Origin: Candidatus Omnitrophota bacterium | GTDB lineage: Bacteria > Omnitrophota > Gorgyraeia > B26-G9 | DNA length: 64,000 nt | Direction: 5' to 3' | Assembly (NCBI GenBank): GCA_043814605.1 | Contig: JBDRJV010000007.1 | Span: forward strand, 3,354-67,353 | Shown here: piece by piece, positions 28,021-38,190 of the stretch | Position numbering within the stretch: position 1 is the first letter of the stretch | Layout of the letters: each line of letters starts with the position of its first letter | Notes under the pieces: model-generated | Database searches by the model: none | What the model was told of the DNA's origin: nothing | The model's input: only the letters and a program-made list of their open reading frames with translations | Made by a program: the position numbers and the translations under genes

Positions 28021-29212
28021 AATTGAGCAAATTCAAATACCATTAAATAATATTTACCAAAAATCTTGGATAAAAAATAAAACGGTTTTGGCTTTAGGTC
28101 CGGAACTTAAGTCAAATTATGCTGTTATTATAAATTCTCAGGCTATTGTTTACACCGGGTTTGGAGATTTAAAAAACCCGGATAATTTTACGAGATACAA
28201 AAAACATATTTTAAAAACAATCAAAAATTTATCAAAAAAACCGCAAGTTATAGCCTGTGATTTTAATCCGATATTTTTAAGCTCCCAATTTGCCCGTAAG
28301 TTACAAGCTTCAACTTTAGGTAAAAGCAAATTAAATCCTGTATTGCATCATTATGCGCATATTGCGGCCAGCTGTGCGGTTTTAAATCTAATGCAGACAC
28401 AAGTTTTAGGTATTGTTTGTGATGGTACGGGATTGGGCGATGATGATCAGACTTGGGGCTGTGAGTTTATCAAAAAATCGGCAGGCAATTTTACACGCTG
28501 CGGACACTTAAATTATATTCCTTTGCCTGGTGCGGATTATGCGGTTATTGAGCCTTGGCGCGTCGGGCTTTCCTTGCTTTATCAAACTTTTGGTGATAAA
28601 ATATTTACTCTGGATTTAGCTTTGCTTAAACATCACCAGGATAAAACAAATATATTAGTTAAAATGATCAAACAGGGTTTTAATACGCCGATGGCTTCCA
28701 GTGCAGGTAGATTATTTGATGGAGTTGCGGCAATTTTGGGTTTTTTTAAAAAAATAAAATTTGAAGCTCAGGCAGCTGTACTTTTAGAGCAGCAGGCACA
28801 AAAAGTTATAAATTATGAAAAAGGCAAGTATGCTTATAAGATACAAAAAGCAGGTTTAAAGTTTATTCTGAACACAAATGAGTTAATTGAGGATATTGTG
28901 GCAGACTTAAGGGCTAATCAACCTAAAGAAATTATAGCCGCGCGTTTTCATAATACATTTAGCGATATGATAATAAAAATGGCGGGAAAAATTACGCAAC
29001 AAAAAGAAAATAGTAAGATTAAGGATATTGTTTTATCCGGAGGAGTTTTTTTTAATAGGATAATTTCCGATAAAGTAATCAGGGGCTTAGAAAAGTATGG
29101 ATTTAAAGTACATAAACCAGAGAACTTAATTTTATCTGATGCGGGTTTATCATTAGGGCAGGCGGTGATAGGGTATGTGTTTAGGAATTCCGGTAAAGGT
29201 AAAAAAAATTAA
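28010..29212 (+). CDS. hypF: HypF carbamoyltransferase, C-terminal Kae1-like part only
   Basis: LALGPELK, HHYAH, DGTGLGDD..WG.E, SSAGRLFD, LSGGVF.N, SDAGLSLGQ. Confidence 0.88.
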   Translation: MQSKIEQIQIPLNNIYQKSWIKNKTVLALGPELKSNYAVIINSQAIVYTGFGDLKNPDNFTRYKKHILKTIKNLSKKPQVIACDFNPIFLSSQFARKLQASTLGKSKLNPVLHHYAHIAASCAVLNLMQTQVLGIVCDGTGLGDDDQTWGCEFIKKSAGNFTRCGHLNYIPLPGADYAVIEPWRVGLSLLYQTFGDKIFTLDLALLKHHQDKTNILVKMIKQGFNTPMASSAGRLFDGVAAILGFFKKIKFEAQAAVLLEQQAQKVINYEKGKYAYKIQKAGLKFILNTNELIEDIVADLRANQPKEIIAARFHNTFSDMIIKMAGKITQQKENSKIKDIVLSGGVFFNRIISDKVIRGLEKYGFKVHKPENLILSDAGLSLGQAVIGYVFRNSGKGKKN

Positions 29213-29408
29213 AGGGAATACGGCTACAGTCAGTACCGGATCTGTAGAAAAACAGATTGGTATTGAACTGACTCCGGATGTAAAAGTAGGTGATTATGTG
29301 CTTTTACATGCTGGGTTTGCGATAGAAATTATAAATGAAAAAGTTGCTCAAGAGACCTTGAAATTATTAGAAGAAATGTTTTCAATGGAAATAGATGATC
29401 AAAAATAA
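29175..29408 (+). CDS. hypC: Hydrogenase maturation protein HypC
   Basis: MCLGIP, VGDYVLLHAGFAI. Confidence 0.95.
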   Translation: MCLGIPVKVKKIKGNTATVSTGSVEKQIGIELTPDVKVGDYVLLHAGFAIEIINEKVAQETLKLLEEMFSMEIDDQK

Positions 29409-29428
29409 TATGGTTAAGGCAAAGGCAA

Positions 29429-30520
29429 TTGAAGCTTATGGATAAAACTAGAAATAATAAATTAGCCAGTCAGCTCCGGCAAACGATTACCCGTTTTTGT
29501 AAAAAAATAGAAAAAAATATATCAATCATGGAAGTCTGCGGTACGCATACAGTGGCTTTGTTTCGTTCCGGGATTAGAGAAATGCTGCCTTCTAATATGA
29601 GAATCATCTCCGGGCCCGGATGTCCGGTTTGCGTAACCGATCAAGCTGATGTTGACCGCGCCATCGGTCTTTGTCAATTAGAGAATACTATTGTTACCAC
29701 TTTTGGTGATATGATGCAGGTTCCGGGGACTGAAGTTAGTTTAGAACAGATGAAAGCACAGGGCCGAGATGTACGGGTTGTATATTCTGCGTTGGATGCT
29801 TTAGAAATTGCTAAAACTAATAATGAAAATGTTATTCATATTGCGGTTGGATTTGAAACTACAGCTCCGACAATTGCAGCAGTTTTAAAAAGAGCTAAAC
29901 AAGAAAAGGTAAATAATTTTTATGTATTGAGTGCGAATAAAATTGTACCGCCGGCTTTGGAGTGTTTGGTTGCTTGCGCAAAAAGCAGGATTAATGCGTT
30001 TATTTTACCCGGACATGTTAGTGCCATTATTGGAGCAAAACCATACCAATTTCTTGCGGATAAGTATAATAAACCCTGTGTGATTGCCGGATTTGAGCCT
30101 GTAGATATTTTGCAGGCAATCGCAATGTTGTGTAAACAAATAGTCGAACAAAAATCGAGGATTGAGATACAATATACACGTTGTGTGCAAAGGGAGGGAA
30201 ACATTTTAGCTCAGAAAATATTAAGAGAAGTTTTTGAGGTTCGGGATGCACAATGGCGCGGCTTGGGGGTAATGAAGAAAAGTGGATTTTTTTTAAATAA
30301 AAATTATGCAGGATTTGAGGCGCGAGAAAATTTTAAGGTAAAAATTCCTAAGCCAAAAAAAACGCCTTGCCGCTGCGGTGATGTTTTGCAGGGGGTAATT
30401 TTGCCGCCGGAATGCAAACTGTTTCAGAATAAATGTACGCCAGAGAATCCGATTGGACCGTGTATGGTTTCAACAGAAGGAACTTGCGCAGCATATTATC
30501 GTTACGCCAGAGTTTCTTAA
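29429..30520 (+). CDS. hypD: Hydrogenase maturation protein HypD
   Basis: MEVCGTH, GPGCPVC, GFETT, PGHVS, CMVS.EG.C. Confidence 0.96.
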   Translation: MKLMDKTRNNKLASQLRQTITRFCKKIEKNISIMEVCGTHTVALFRSGIREMLPSNMRIISGPGCPVCVTDQADVDRAIGLCQLENTIVTTFGDMMQVPGTEVSLEQMKAQGRDVRVVYSALDALEIAKTNNENVIHIAVGFETTAPTIAAVLKRAKQEKVNNFYVLSANKIVPPALECLVACAKSRINAFILPGHVSAIIGAKPYQFLADKYNKPCVIAGFEPVDILQAIAMLCKQIVEQKSRIEIQYTRCVQREGNILAQKILREVFEVRDAQWRGLGVMKKSGFFLNKNYAGFEARENFKVKIPKPKKTPCRCGDVLQGVILPPECKLFQNKCTPENPIGPCMVSTEGTCAAYYRYARVS

Positions 30521-30540
30521 CTTATTATCAGAGGAAAAAA

Positions 30541-31569
30541 TTGAATGACCAATTAAAAAATAAAAACGTTACATTAGCTTACGGTAATGGCGGACAATTA
30601 ATGCAGCAGCTGATCAATAATTTGATCAAGGCTAATTTTGGCAATCCGATATTAAATAAACTGGATGATGCTGCTGTTTTAAACGGGGTTGGCTTTAGGG
30701 AACATCTTGTATTTACTACAGATTCTTTTGTGGTGAGTCCGATATTTTTTCCGGGTGGCGATATCGGTAAGCTGGCGGTTTGCGGTACAATAAATGACCT
30801 TTGCATGATGGGTGCAAAACCATTATATTTAAGTCTGAGTATGATTATTGAGGAGGGATTTGCTTTTAAAGATCTAGAAAGAATTGTTAGCTCCATTAAG
30901 AAAACAATTAAAATAGCTGGGGTTAAAATAGTTTGCGGTGATACTAAGGTTGTAAATAAAGGTAATTGTGATAAAATATTCATTAATACATCTGGAATCG
31001 GCAGTATTGATAATCGCACAAATATTAGTGCATCTAAGGCTAAACCTGATGACCTAATTATCGTGAGCGGGCCAATTGGTGAACATGGAATTGCAATTAT
31101 TAGTCAACGAAAGGGGCTCGGGTTTAAAACAAAATTGAAAAGTGATTGTGCGCCTTTAAATGATCTTGTCCTAAATTTAATGAAATATAAAAATAAAATT
31201 CATGTTTTCAGAGATCCGACACGCGGGGGGCTTGCGAGTGTATTAAATGAAATTGCGCAACTTTCCAATGTTGGCATAGAAGTTGATGAAGTAAAGATTC
31301 CCGTGAGTAATGCAGTAAAGGGCGCGAGTGCAATTTTGGGATTGGATCCTTTGTACCTGCCGTGTGAAGGAAGATTAGTCGCTGTGGTTAGCCCGGATAA
31401 AATGCCGCAAATTTTAAACTTAATGCAAAAAAATAAAAAAGGCAGGGGAGCAAGAGTTATTGGCCGAATAAAAGCCGGGCACAAAAAAGAGGTATATTTA
31501 AATACTGTAATTGGCGGCAGGCGGATTCTTGATTTACCGATCCGGGAACAAACACCGCGAATTTGTTAA
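30541..31569 (+). CDS. hypE: Hydrogenase maturation protein HypE
   Basis: TTDSFVV.P.FFPGGDIG, GDTKVV, RDPTRGG, terminal PRIC; TTG start after GAGG. Confidence 0.95.
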   Translation: MNDQLKNKNVTLAYGNGGQLMQQLINNLIKANFGNPILNKLDDAAVLNGVGFREHLVFTTDSFVVSPIFFPGGDIGKLAVCGTINDLCMMGAKPLYLSLSMIIEEGFAFKDLERIVSSIKKTIKIAGVKIVCGDTKVVNKGNCDKIFINTSGIGSIDNRTNISASKAKPDDLIIVSGPIGEHGIAIISQRKGLGFKTKLKSDCAPLNDLVLNLMKYKNKIHVFRDPTRGGLASVLNEIAQLSNVGIEVDEVKIPVSNAVKGASAILGLDPLYLPCEGRLVAVVSPDKMPQILNLMQKNKKGRGARVIGRIKAGHKKEVYLNTVIGGRRILDLPIREQTPRIC

Positions 31570-31594
31570 GTATTAAGAGGAAAAAGGAGATAAC

Positions 31595-32401
31595 ATGATC
31601 GTAAGAGAAGCAGATATTACCCGGGCAATAATCAAAACAGCTACGGATGAATTACTTGATAATATTGAAGTGGATGTGATCATTGCTGGCGGCGGTCCCG
31701 CCGGACTTACGTGTGCGCGTTACTTAGGTCAAGCGGGGAAAAAAGTTGTACTTTTTGAGCGTAAATTAAATTATGGGGGGGGAATGCCGGGCGGAGGGAT
31801 GTTATTTCCCCGGATAGTGATTGAGAAACAAGCAAAATCAATCCTTTCTGAAATAAATGTGAGATTAAAACCTTATGATAAAAATTATTACACTGCAGAT
31901 TCAGTGGAAGCAATTTCTAAAATGGGTGTTGCAGCAATCGATGCTGGATTAAGAATATATCCTGCAGTTACAGTTGAAGATTTGGTGATTCGAGCGAATA
32001 ATAAAGTGCAAGGTGCAGTAATAAATTGGTCTGCAGTACAAATTGCCGGATTACATGTTGATCCATTAGTAATTATGTCTGAATACGTTGTGGATGCGAC
32101 CGGGCATGATGCCGATATTACAAATACGTTATTAAGAAAGAATCCTAATGTAAAACTAAAAACAAAAACAGGTAAAGTTATAGGTGAAAAATCAATGTGG
32201 GCTCAGCAGGGAGAAAATTTAATTCTGTCTAATACAAAGGAAGTTTTTCCCGGGCTTTTTCTGGCGGGTATGGCGGTTAATGCTGTTGCCGGGGTACCAC
32301 GGATGGGAGCTGTTTTTGGCGGTATGCTGCTTTCGGGAAAAAAAGCGGCAATGCTAATTTTAGCCAGATTAAATAATAAAAAGAAAAGAAAGTTAAATTA
32401 A
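31595..32401 (+). CDS. thi4: Sulfide-dependent ADP-thiazole synthase (non-Cys THI4)
   Basis: GGGPAG, GGGMLF, LHVDP (His at the Cys site), DATGHD, PRMG.VFGGM. Confidence 0.9.
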   Translation: MIVREADITRAIIKTATDELLDNIEVDVIIAGGGPAGLTCARYLGQAGKKVVLFERKLNYGGGMPGGGMLFPRIVIEKQAKSILSEINVRLKPYDKNYYTADSVEAISKMGVAAIDAGLRIYPAVTVEDLVIRANNKVQGAVINWSAVQIAGLHVDPLVIMSEYVVDATGHDADITNTLLRKNPNVKLKTKTGKVIGEKSMWAQQGENLILSNTKEVFPGLFLAGMAVNAVAGVPRMGAVFGGMLLSGKKAAMLILARLNNKKKRKLN

Positions 32402-32419
32402 TTACCGGAGGTTAGAAAA

Positions 32420-33619
32420 ATGGCCAAAACTATAGCTGAAATTAATAATAAAATTAAAAAAGGCGAAGCTGTTGTTGTTACTAAAGAGGAAATGCTGGAA
32501 ATTGTGAAAAAAAAGGGGACAAAAAACAGCGCAGAATATGTAGATGTTGTTACAACAGGAACTTTTGGCCCGATGTGTTCCTCAATGGCAATTTTTAATA
32601 TTGGCCATTCAAAACCAAAAATTAAAATACAAAAGGCTTGGCTGAACGATGTTGAATGCTATTGCGGCTTGGCAGCGGTGGACATGATTATCGGAGCTAC
32701 TGAATTATCAACTAAAGATCCGGCTAATACTTTTGGGCCCGGAGAGTTTAAATACGGGGGAGCGCATGTAATTGAAGATTTGGTGGCGCATAAGGATCTT
32801 AAACTAAAGGCAATTGGTTATGGAACAGATTGTTATCCCCGTAAAGAATTAGAAACTTTTATAAATTTAGATGATTTAAATGAAGCCTGGCTGACTAATC
32901 CGCGTAACGCCTATCAAAACTATAATGTTGCCGTGAATCTTTCGGATAAAACAATTTACACTTATATGGGTGTTTTAAGGCCGGATTTATCAAATGCAAA
33001 TTATTGCAGTGCCGGCCAGCTTTCTCCGTTATTAAATGACCCAGGTTTTAGAGCCATAGGTATTGGTACAAGAATTTTTCTCGGGGGAGGAATCGGGTAT
33101 ATTTTCTGGCACGGGACTCAGCATACCACTGATGTTAAGCGTACAAAAGGCGGAGTGCCTGTTACGCCTTCCGGAACTTTGGCCGTCAACGGCGATTTAA
33201 AAGGCATGAGCCAAGAATGGTTAAGGGCAGCTTCAATGCAGGGTTACGGAGTAAGTCTGGCAGTAGGGATTGGGGTGCCGATACCGATTATTGATGAGGA
33301 AATGGTCAACAGTGTATGCGTACGGGATGAGGAAATTTTTACGCAGATTATTGATTATAGCCATGATTATCCTGATGGTAAATCAAATTCCTTAGGACAG
33401 GTTAATTATGAACAGCTTAAGTCCGGATTGATCAATATTAAAGGCAAAACTGTGCCTACAGCAGGGCTTTCCAGCTACTACAAAGCTAAGCAAATATGCC
33501 AAATTTTAAAGGAAAATATTCTTAAAGGAGATTTTAGTTTAACCGAACCAGTACACCCCCTGCCACGGGAAGGTTCCGGCGTTAATTTTAAAGCTTTAAA
33601 AATGAAAAATGTTAAGTAA
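32420..33619 (+). CDS. Homocysteine biosynthesis protein / aspartate-semialdehyde sulfurtransferase (DUF39, MA1821-like)
   Basis: KTIAEIN.KI, VDVVTTGTFGPMCSS, NPRNAYQNY, IGIGTRIFLGG, GTQH. Confidence 0.88.
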   Translation: MAKTIAEINNKIKKGEAVVVTKEEMLEIVKKKGTKNSAEYVDVVTTGTFGPMCSSMAIFNIGHSKPKIKIQKAWLNDVECYCGLAAVDMIIGATELSTKDPANTFGPGEFKYGGAHVIEDLVAHKDLKLKAIGYGTDCYPRKELETFINLDDLNEAWLTNPRNAYQNYNVAVNLSDKTIYTYMGVLRPDLSNANYCSAGQLSPLLNDPGFRAIGIGTRIFLGGGIGYIFWHGTQHTTDVKRTKGGVPVTPSGTLAVNGDLKGMSQEWLRAASMQGYGVSLAVGIGVPIPIIDEEMVNSVCVRDEEIFTQIIDYSHDYPDGKSNSLGQVNYEQLKSGLINIKGKTVPTAGLSSYYKAKQICQILKENILKGDFSLTEPVHPLPREGSGVNFKALKMKNVK

Positions 33620-33633
33620 TTTTCAAATTGTCT

Positions 33634-34245
33634 TTATTTTAAAGAACCTTCTAAAAATTCTTTAACATTATTGGGAGAAAACATAATAAAAAAACTGCCT
33701 TTAATATTTTTTCGCTCAATTTCAAAAAATGTTTCCAAGAGAATAATCTGAACCTCATCCTGTAAAACTTCATTAAAGGCAATATTGCAGACAGTTTCTA
33801 ATGTGCCGCAAATTAAGCTAGGAGTTGAATGCAGAATTACTTTTTTGCTCAGGCTGGAGAGTGTTCCCAAATAAGCAGAAATGACAATATTGCCAATTTC
33901 TTTTAAAAGTGAAACACCGTATTCAGTCTTAGTTCCTAGATTATCCTTATTCTGTTCTGAACATACAGTGTCAATTAAACTATAGGCGCTTTTTTCGGGA
34001 AATATTAATAAAATATTACCAGTAAGATTACTGAGAAGCTGCATTCTTATTCCTACTAAAATATCTGGTATATCTTTTAGTTCAGAGATTAGTTTATCCC
34101 GATCAATGATTTTTAATCCAGGAATGCTCAATCCAATTTTCTGATTTAAAACTTGCGATAAAGCAACAGCGGCATTTCCGATGCAAATATTACCGACTTC
34201 CTTAAGCATATCAATAAAATCAGCATCAATTTTTACTTTTTTCAT
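33634..34245 (-). CDS. cheC: CheC-like phosphatase
   Basis: Two E.xN motifs (EVGNI, EIGNI). Confidence 0.85.
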   Translation of the reverse strand: MKKVKIDADFIDMLKEVGNICIGNAAVALSQVLNQKIGLSIPGLKIIDRDKLISELKDIPDILVGIRMQLLSNLTGNILLIFPEKSAYSLIDTVCSEQNKDNLGTKTEYGVSLLKEIGNIVISAYLGTLSSLSKKVILHSTPSLICGTLETVCNIAFNEVLQDEVQIILLETFFEIERKNIKGSFFIMFSPNNVKEFLEGSLK

Positions 34246-34296
34246 GAAATTTTAAAACCTCGAGTTTAAATTTATTTTCTTATTAATTATATGCTG

Positions 34297-36051
34297 TTAG
34301 TTAGACTTTTCCTTTAATTTAATAAATTTCTTTTTTATTAATTCCACAAAAATATCCACAATTTTTGGATCCAATTGATCCGGAGTGCATTTTTTTAATA
34401 ATTTAATTGCTTTTTGCACGGAAAAAGCCTTACGGTAAGGCCGGTCCGCAGTCATGGCTTCAAAAGTATCCGCAACAGCTAAAATACGCGAACCAATAGG
34501 GATCTGATCACCTTTAATGCCGTTGGGATATCCACCTCCGTTATGGCGTTCATGGTGGTGATAAATCATAGTTTTAATTTCATTAGATAAATCTGTATTA
34601 TTAATAATGCTAAGAGTTGCAGAAAGCGGATGAATAACTTTTTCTAATAATTTTTTATTAATTATCACGTTATTCATTAAATCTTGGGGAGTATCTTTTG
34701 CCGGTTCGTTCAATTCTCCTAAATAAAAATTTACCGGTTCTAAAATTCGCTTGCCGATTGCCGGGTGATTCTTAATAATTTCATATTCTGCATAAGTTAA
34801 GGTACTCGGTTTTGCCAGGATTTTTTCCGGGATTCCGATTTTTCCAATATCATGTAGTATCCCGGCAATTTGGATGCCTTCGATCATTATTTTGGGCAAA
34901 TTAAGGGCTTGAGCAATGGATACTGCATAATAAGAAACTAAATCAGAATGGCCACGGGTACAGGGGTCTTTTTCCTCAATTGCTTGCGCTAAGGCTTTGA
35001 TTGTACTTAAATAAGTTGTTCTTAAATTTCTGTAAAGAATTGTATTTTCAATAGCTACGGCTACATGATTAGAAAGTGTAATTAAAGACTGCTGATTTTT
35101 TTGATTAAAACCATCATTTTTTAATGAATAAATACTTAACATTCCCCGGGTATTTCCTTTTGATGTTATCGGAGTATTAAGTATAGATTTTATATCTTTA
35201 GGTAAAACTTTTTTCTTAAAACGTTTTGTGGGGCCGGGCACTTTTTTAAGAATTACTTCAATACTGCGTGCATTAATTTTTTTCTTTTTTAACCCGTAGA
35301 TGACTAAACTGAGGTTTCTTTTTAAAAAGTTGATTGTCTTATGGCTTAAAGAGTTTTGGGAACAAATCAATAAAGTATATTTATTTTTTTCAATAATCAA
35401 GAGAGAATAAATATCAAAAGGAAAAAGCTCAAATATACAAACATTCAAAACTTCAAATAAACTCTCTTGATTTGTCGCGGAGTTAAGGGCACAGCTGATC
35501 ACATTGAATCTGAATAAATGCTGGATTTTTTCTTCGGCATCAATATAAAGTTTAGCGTTTTCAATAGCAATAGAACTTTCCGAAGCAAATTTTGCAAAAA
35601 TATTTAATTCCTCCTCTGTGAATTCTTTTGCGCCGGGAATCCGGTTTAAATTGATTACGCCGATTAATTTATCCGCTAAAAGCAGGGGAATAGAAATTGA
35701 GGATTTTAGATTTTTGCGGGGTTTTTTCTTGAAAATAGTATAAAAATTTGTATTATCAATAATTAAAGGCTTTTTGCTGCGAGCAACAATCCCAGCAATC
35801 CCTTTGCCGATTTTTATGTGTGCTCTTTTAACAATGGATTTTTTTATGCCACGGAAGGCTTTGATCCTTAATTCTTTTTGTTTTTTATCAAAAAGCATGA
35901 GAGAGCCAGAATTTGCATGAGTTTGTCTGAGCATTGTTTCCAGGATAATATTAAGCAATTTATTAAAATCATAGGAAGCACCCAGTACATTGCTAATTTC
36001 CTGCAGGCTGGCAAGTTTTAATGTTTTTTCCGTAGATTTAGGTCTATTCAT
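34297..36051 (-). CDS. GAF-GAF-HD-GYP c-di-GMP phosphodiesterase
   Basis: Two GAF domains; KD..TRGHS, LHDIGKIG, HHHER..G.GYP, VADTFEAMT.DRPYR. Confidence 0.92.
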   Translation of the reverse strand: MNRPKSTEKTLKLASLQEISNVLGASYDFNKLLNIILETMLRQTHANSGSLMLFDKKQKELRIKAFRGIKKSIVKRAHIKIGKGIAGIVARSKKPLIIDNTNFYTIFKKKPRKNLKSSISIPLLLADKLIGVINLNRIPGAKEFTEEELNIFAKFASESSIAIENAKLYIDAEEKIQHLFRFNVISCALNSATNQESLFEVLNVCIFELFPFDIYSLLIIEKNKYTLLICSQNSLSHKTINFLKRNLSLVIYGLKKKKINARSIEVILKKVPGPTKRFKKKVLPKDIKSILNTPITSKGNTRGMLSIYSLKNDGFNQKNQQSLITLSNHVAVAIENTILYRNLRTTYLSTIKALAQAIEEKDPCTRGHSDLVSYYAVSIAQALNLPKIMIEGIQIAGILHDIGKIGIPEKILAKPSTLTYAEYEIIKNHPAIGKRILEPVNFYLGELNEPAKDTPQDLMNNVIINKKLLEKVIHPLSATLSIINNTDLSNEIKTMIYHHHERHNGGGYPNGIKGDQIPIGSRILAVADTFEAMTADRPYRKAFSVQKAIKLLKKCTPDQLDPKIVDIFVELIKKKFIKLKEKSN

Positions 36052-36677
36052 GACTTTTTCATGCTTTTAGCAAAAGCTTTACAAGCTTTTAAGATTAACC
36101 GCATTGAATTGGGATCAAAAGCAATAAAAAATTTTCCCTTAACAGAATTTGTGAATTCATTAAAATATGTTTCAATCAGGATAACATTAGGATTTTGTTT
36201 TTTGCTTGTTCCAAAAACGCTTTTTATTACCATTTCGGGAACTCCGTCTGTAAATTGGGGGCAGGATAAGTATACTGGCAATTTAGACATTGCGCTTAAT
36301 GTTGAGACGTAAGCAGAAATAACAATGTTTCCGATTTCCTTGAGTGAGGAAATTCCGATTTGTGTAATTAGCTTGGTTTTTTGCATTTTAGGACTGCCTA
36401 CGAGAAGCTCCATTAGTTGATATGCGCTTTCCTGCGAAAAAAGCAGTAATATTTGACTGTTAATCATCCCTAAAGTTTCCATTTGAATGCCAATTATGGG
36501 GATACCGTCTTTATCAATCGTGGAAGCTAGTTTTACCAGTGGTACGGATTTAAGGGTAGGGACTTGGAGTTCGATTTTTTTAAATAAAATTTGAGCTAAC
36601 GCAACGGCAGCATTACCGGCACAGATATTTCCTACTTCTCTTAAAATATCGCGCTGATTTTTATTAAATTTGTTCAT
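36048..36677 (-). CDS. cheC: CheC-like phosphatase (paralog of 33634-34245)
   Basis: EVGNICAGNAA and EIGNIVISAY. Confidence 0.85.
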   Translation of the reverse strand: MNKFNKNQRDILREVGNICAGNAAVALAQILFKKIELQVPTLKSVPLVKLASTIDKDGIPIIGIQMETLGMINSQILLLFSQESAYQLMELLVGSPKMQKTKLITQIGISSLKEIGNIVISAYVSTLSAMSKLPVYLSCPQFTDGVPEMVIKSVFGTSKKQNPNVILIETYFNEFTNSVKGKFFIAFDPNSMRLILKACKAFAKSMKKS

Positions 36678-36888
36678 ATTTTGTAAATCCGTTTGATTTT
36701 AAAAAAATCGTTAACTCCTTTATTTTTAAACTATAACATAAACATCAACCAGTGTCAATAAATTTTGTTTTCATTTTTGAGTATTTATGATATTATATGT
36801 ATTCAGTTTGTTTGCAAAAGAGTACCGAGGCGAATTTTTTCCGATTTAATCAGTTTTAAGGATAAAAAAAGGGTAAAAGAGGCTAAAC

Positions 36889-38190
36889 ATGGGCGAAACT
36901 TTTACAGGTGGAAAACATTTAGAAAATTATAAATATTTGAGTAAAGATGCCCGGATTACAGTGATGCCAATACCTGATCAAGTAATCATTCCTTTATCTC
37001 AACATACAGGATCAATAACTCAACCTGTTGTAAAAAAAGGGGATAGGCTAAAAGTAGGCACTGTTATTGGTACAACAGATAAGTTTATTTCCGCAATTGT
37101 GCATTCGAGTGTTTCCGGGACAGTAAGTAATATTGTTGATTATAATCATCCTGTTTTAGGGCAATCTCCCTCTGTAATTATTGATTCTGATGGAAAAGAT
37201 GAGCGGGAAAATACAATAATTCCGAGAAAAGTAGTGGATTCTTTAGATAAAGATAAATTACTAGAAATTATTAAACAAGCAGGTATTGTAGGTTTAGGCG
37301 GAGCAGCTTTTCCCACGCATGTGAAATTGAATCCGCCTAATCCAGTAGATACATTAGTGATTAATGGGGCTGAATGCGAGCCGTATTTAACCTGTGATTA
37401 TCGTTTAATGATTGAACATACTAATGATATTTTAAAAGGAATTTTACTGCTAAAAAAAATACTTTCTGTTTCTTTAGTGCTGATTGGTATTGAAGAAGAT
37501 AAATCAGAAGCAATGAGTATGATGCGGAATAAAATTGTTGAAAGGGGTTTAGCGGCATTAAAAGTTATCCCGCTTCAGGCAAAGTATCCGCAGGGAGCAG
37601 AAAAACAATTGATTAAGGCTACTTTAGACCGGGAAGTTCCCTCAGGCAAGCTTCCTTTTGATGTCGGCGTGGTTGTGTGTAATGTGGGAACAGCCTATGC
37701 AGTATACGAAGCCGTATATTTAAGTAAGCCACTTTATGAAAGAGTTATTACTGTAACCGGAAATCCGATTAAGAATCCCTCCAATCTAAGAGTAAGAATC
37801 GGGACTAGATTTTCTGAGATAATTTCTTATTGCGGTTTAAAGACTCAGGCCATAGGAAAAATAATTATGGGAGGGCCGATGATGGGCTTGGCCCAATTTA
37901 CAGACGATGTTCCAGTAATTAAAGGGACTTCGGGGATTCTTTTGCTAAGCTCAAAAGACAGTACAATGAGTGAACCAGGGCCATGTATTCGTTGTGGCCG
38001 CTGCGCTACTTTATGTCCTGTAGGGATGTTACCTTATGCGTTAAGCTTATGTGTCGAAGCAAAAAAAATAGATCAAACGCAAATTTATAATGCGCAAGAT
38101 TGCATGGAGTGCGGAATTTGCACTTATGTTTGCCCGGCAAAAAGAAAAATTTTAGAAAGTATCCGGTTGGTAAAGGCGGTTATGAAATGA
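36889..38190 (+). CDS. rnfC: Rnf complex subunit C
   Basis: GIVGLGGAAFPTHVK, NGAECEPYLT.D, YPQGAEK, GGPMMG, two 4Fe-4S motifs. Confidence 0.95.
   Translation: MGETFTGGKHLENYKYLSKDARITVMPIPDQVIIPLSQHTGSITQPVVKKGDRLKVGTVIGTTDKFISAIVHSSVSGTVSNIVDYNHPVLGQSPSVIIDSDGKDERENTIIPRKVVDSLDKDKLLEIIKQAGIVGLGGAAFPTHVKLNPPNPVDTLVINGAECEPYLTCDYRLMIEHTNDILKGILLLKKILSVSLVLIGIEEDKSEAMSMMRNKIVERGLAALKVIPLQAKYPQGAEKQLIKATLDREVPSGKLPFDVGVVVCNVGTAYAVYEAVYLSKPLYERVITVTGNPIKNPSNLRVRIGTRFSEIISYCGLKTQAIGKIIMGGPMMGLAQFTDDVPVIKGTSGILLLSSKDSTMSEPGPCIRCGRCATLCPVGMLPYALSLCVEAKKIDQTQIYNAQDCMECGICTYVCPAKRKILESIRLVKAVMK

Noticed and set aside
23410-31569. Complete membrane-bound hydrogenase (Mbh/Ech) locus
   Set aside because: No NiFe large or small subunit and no NuoH-like gene in the window
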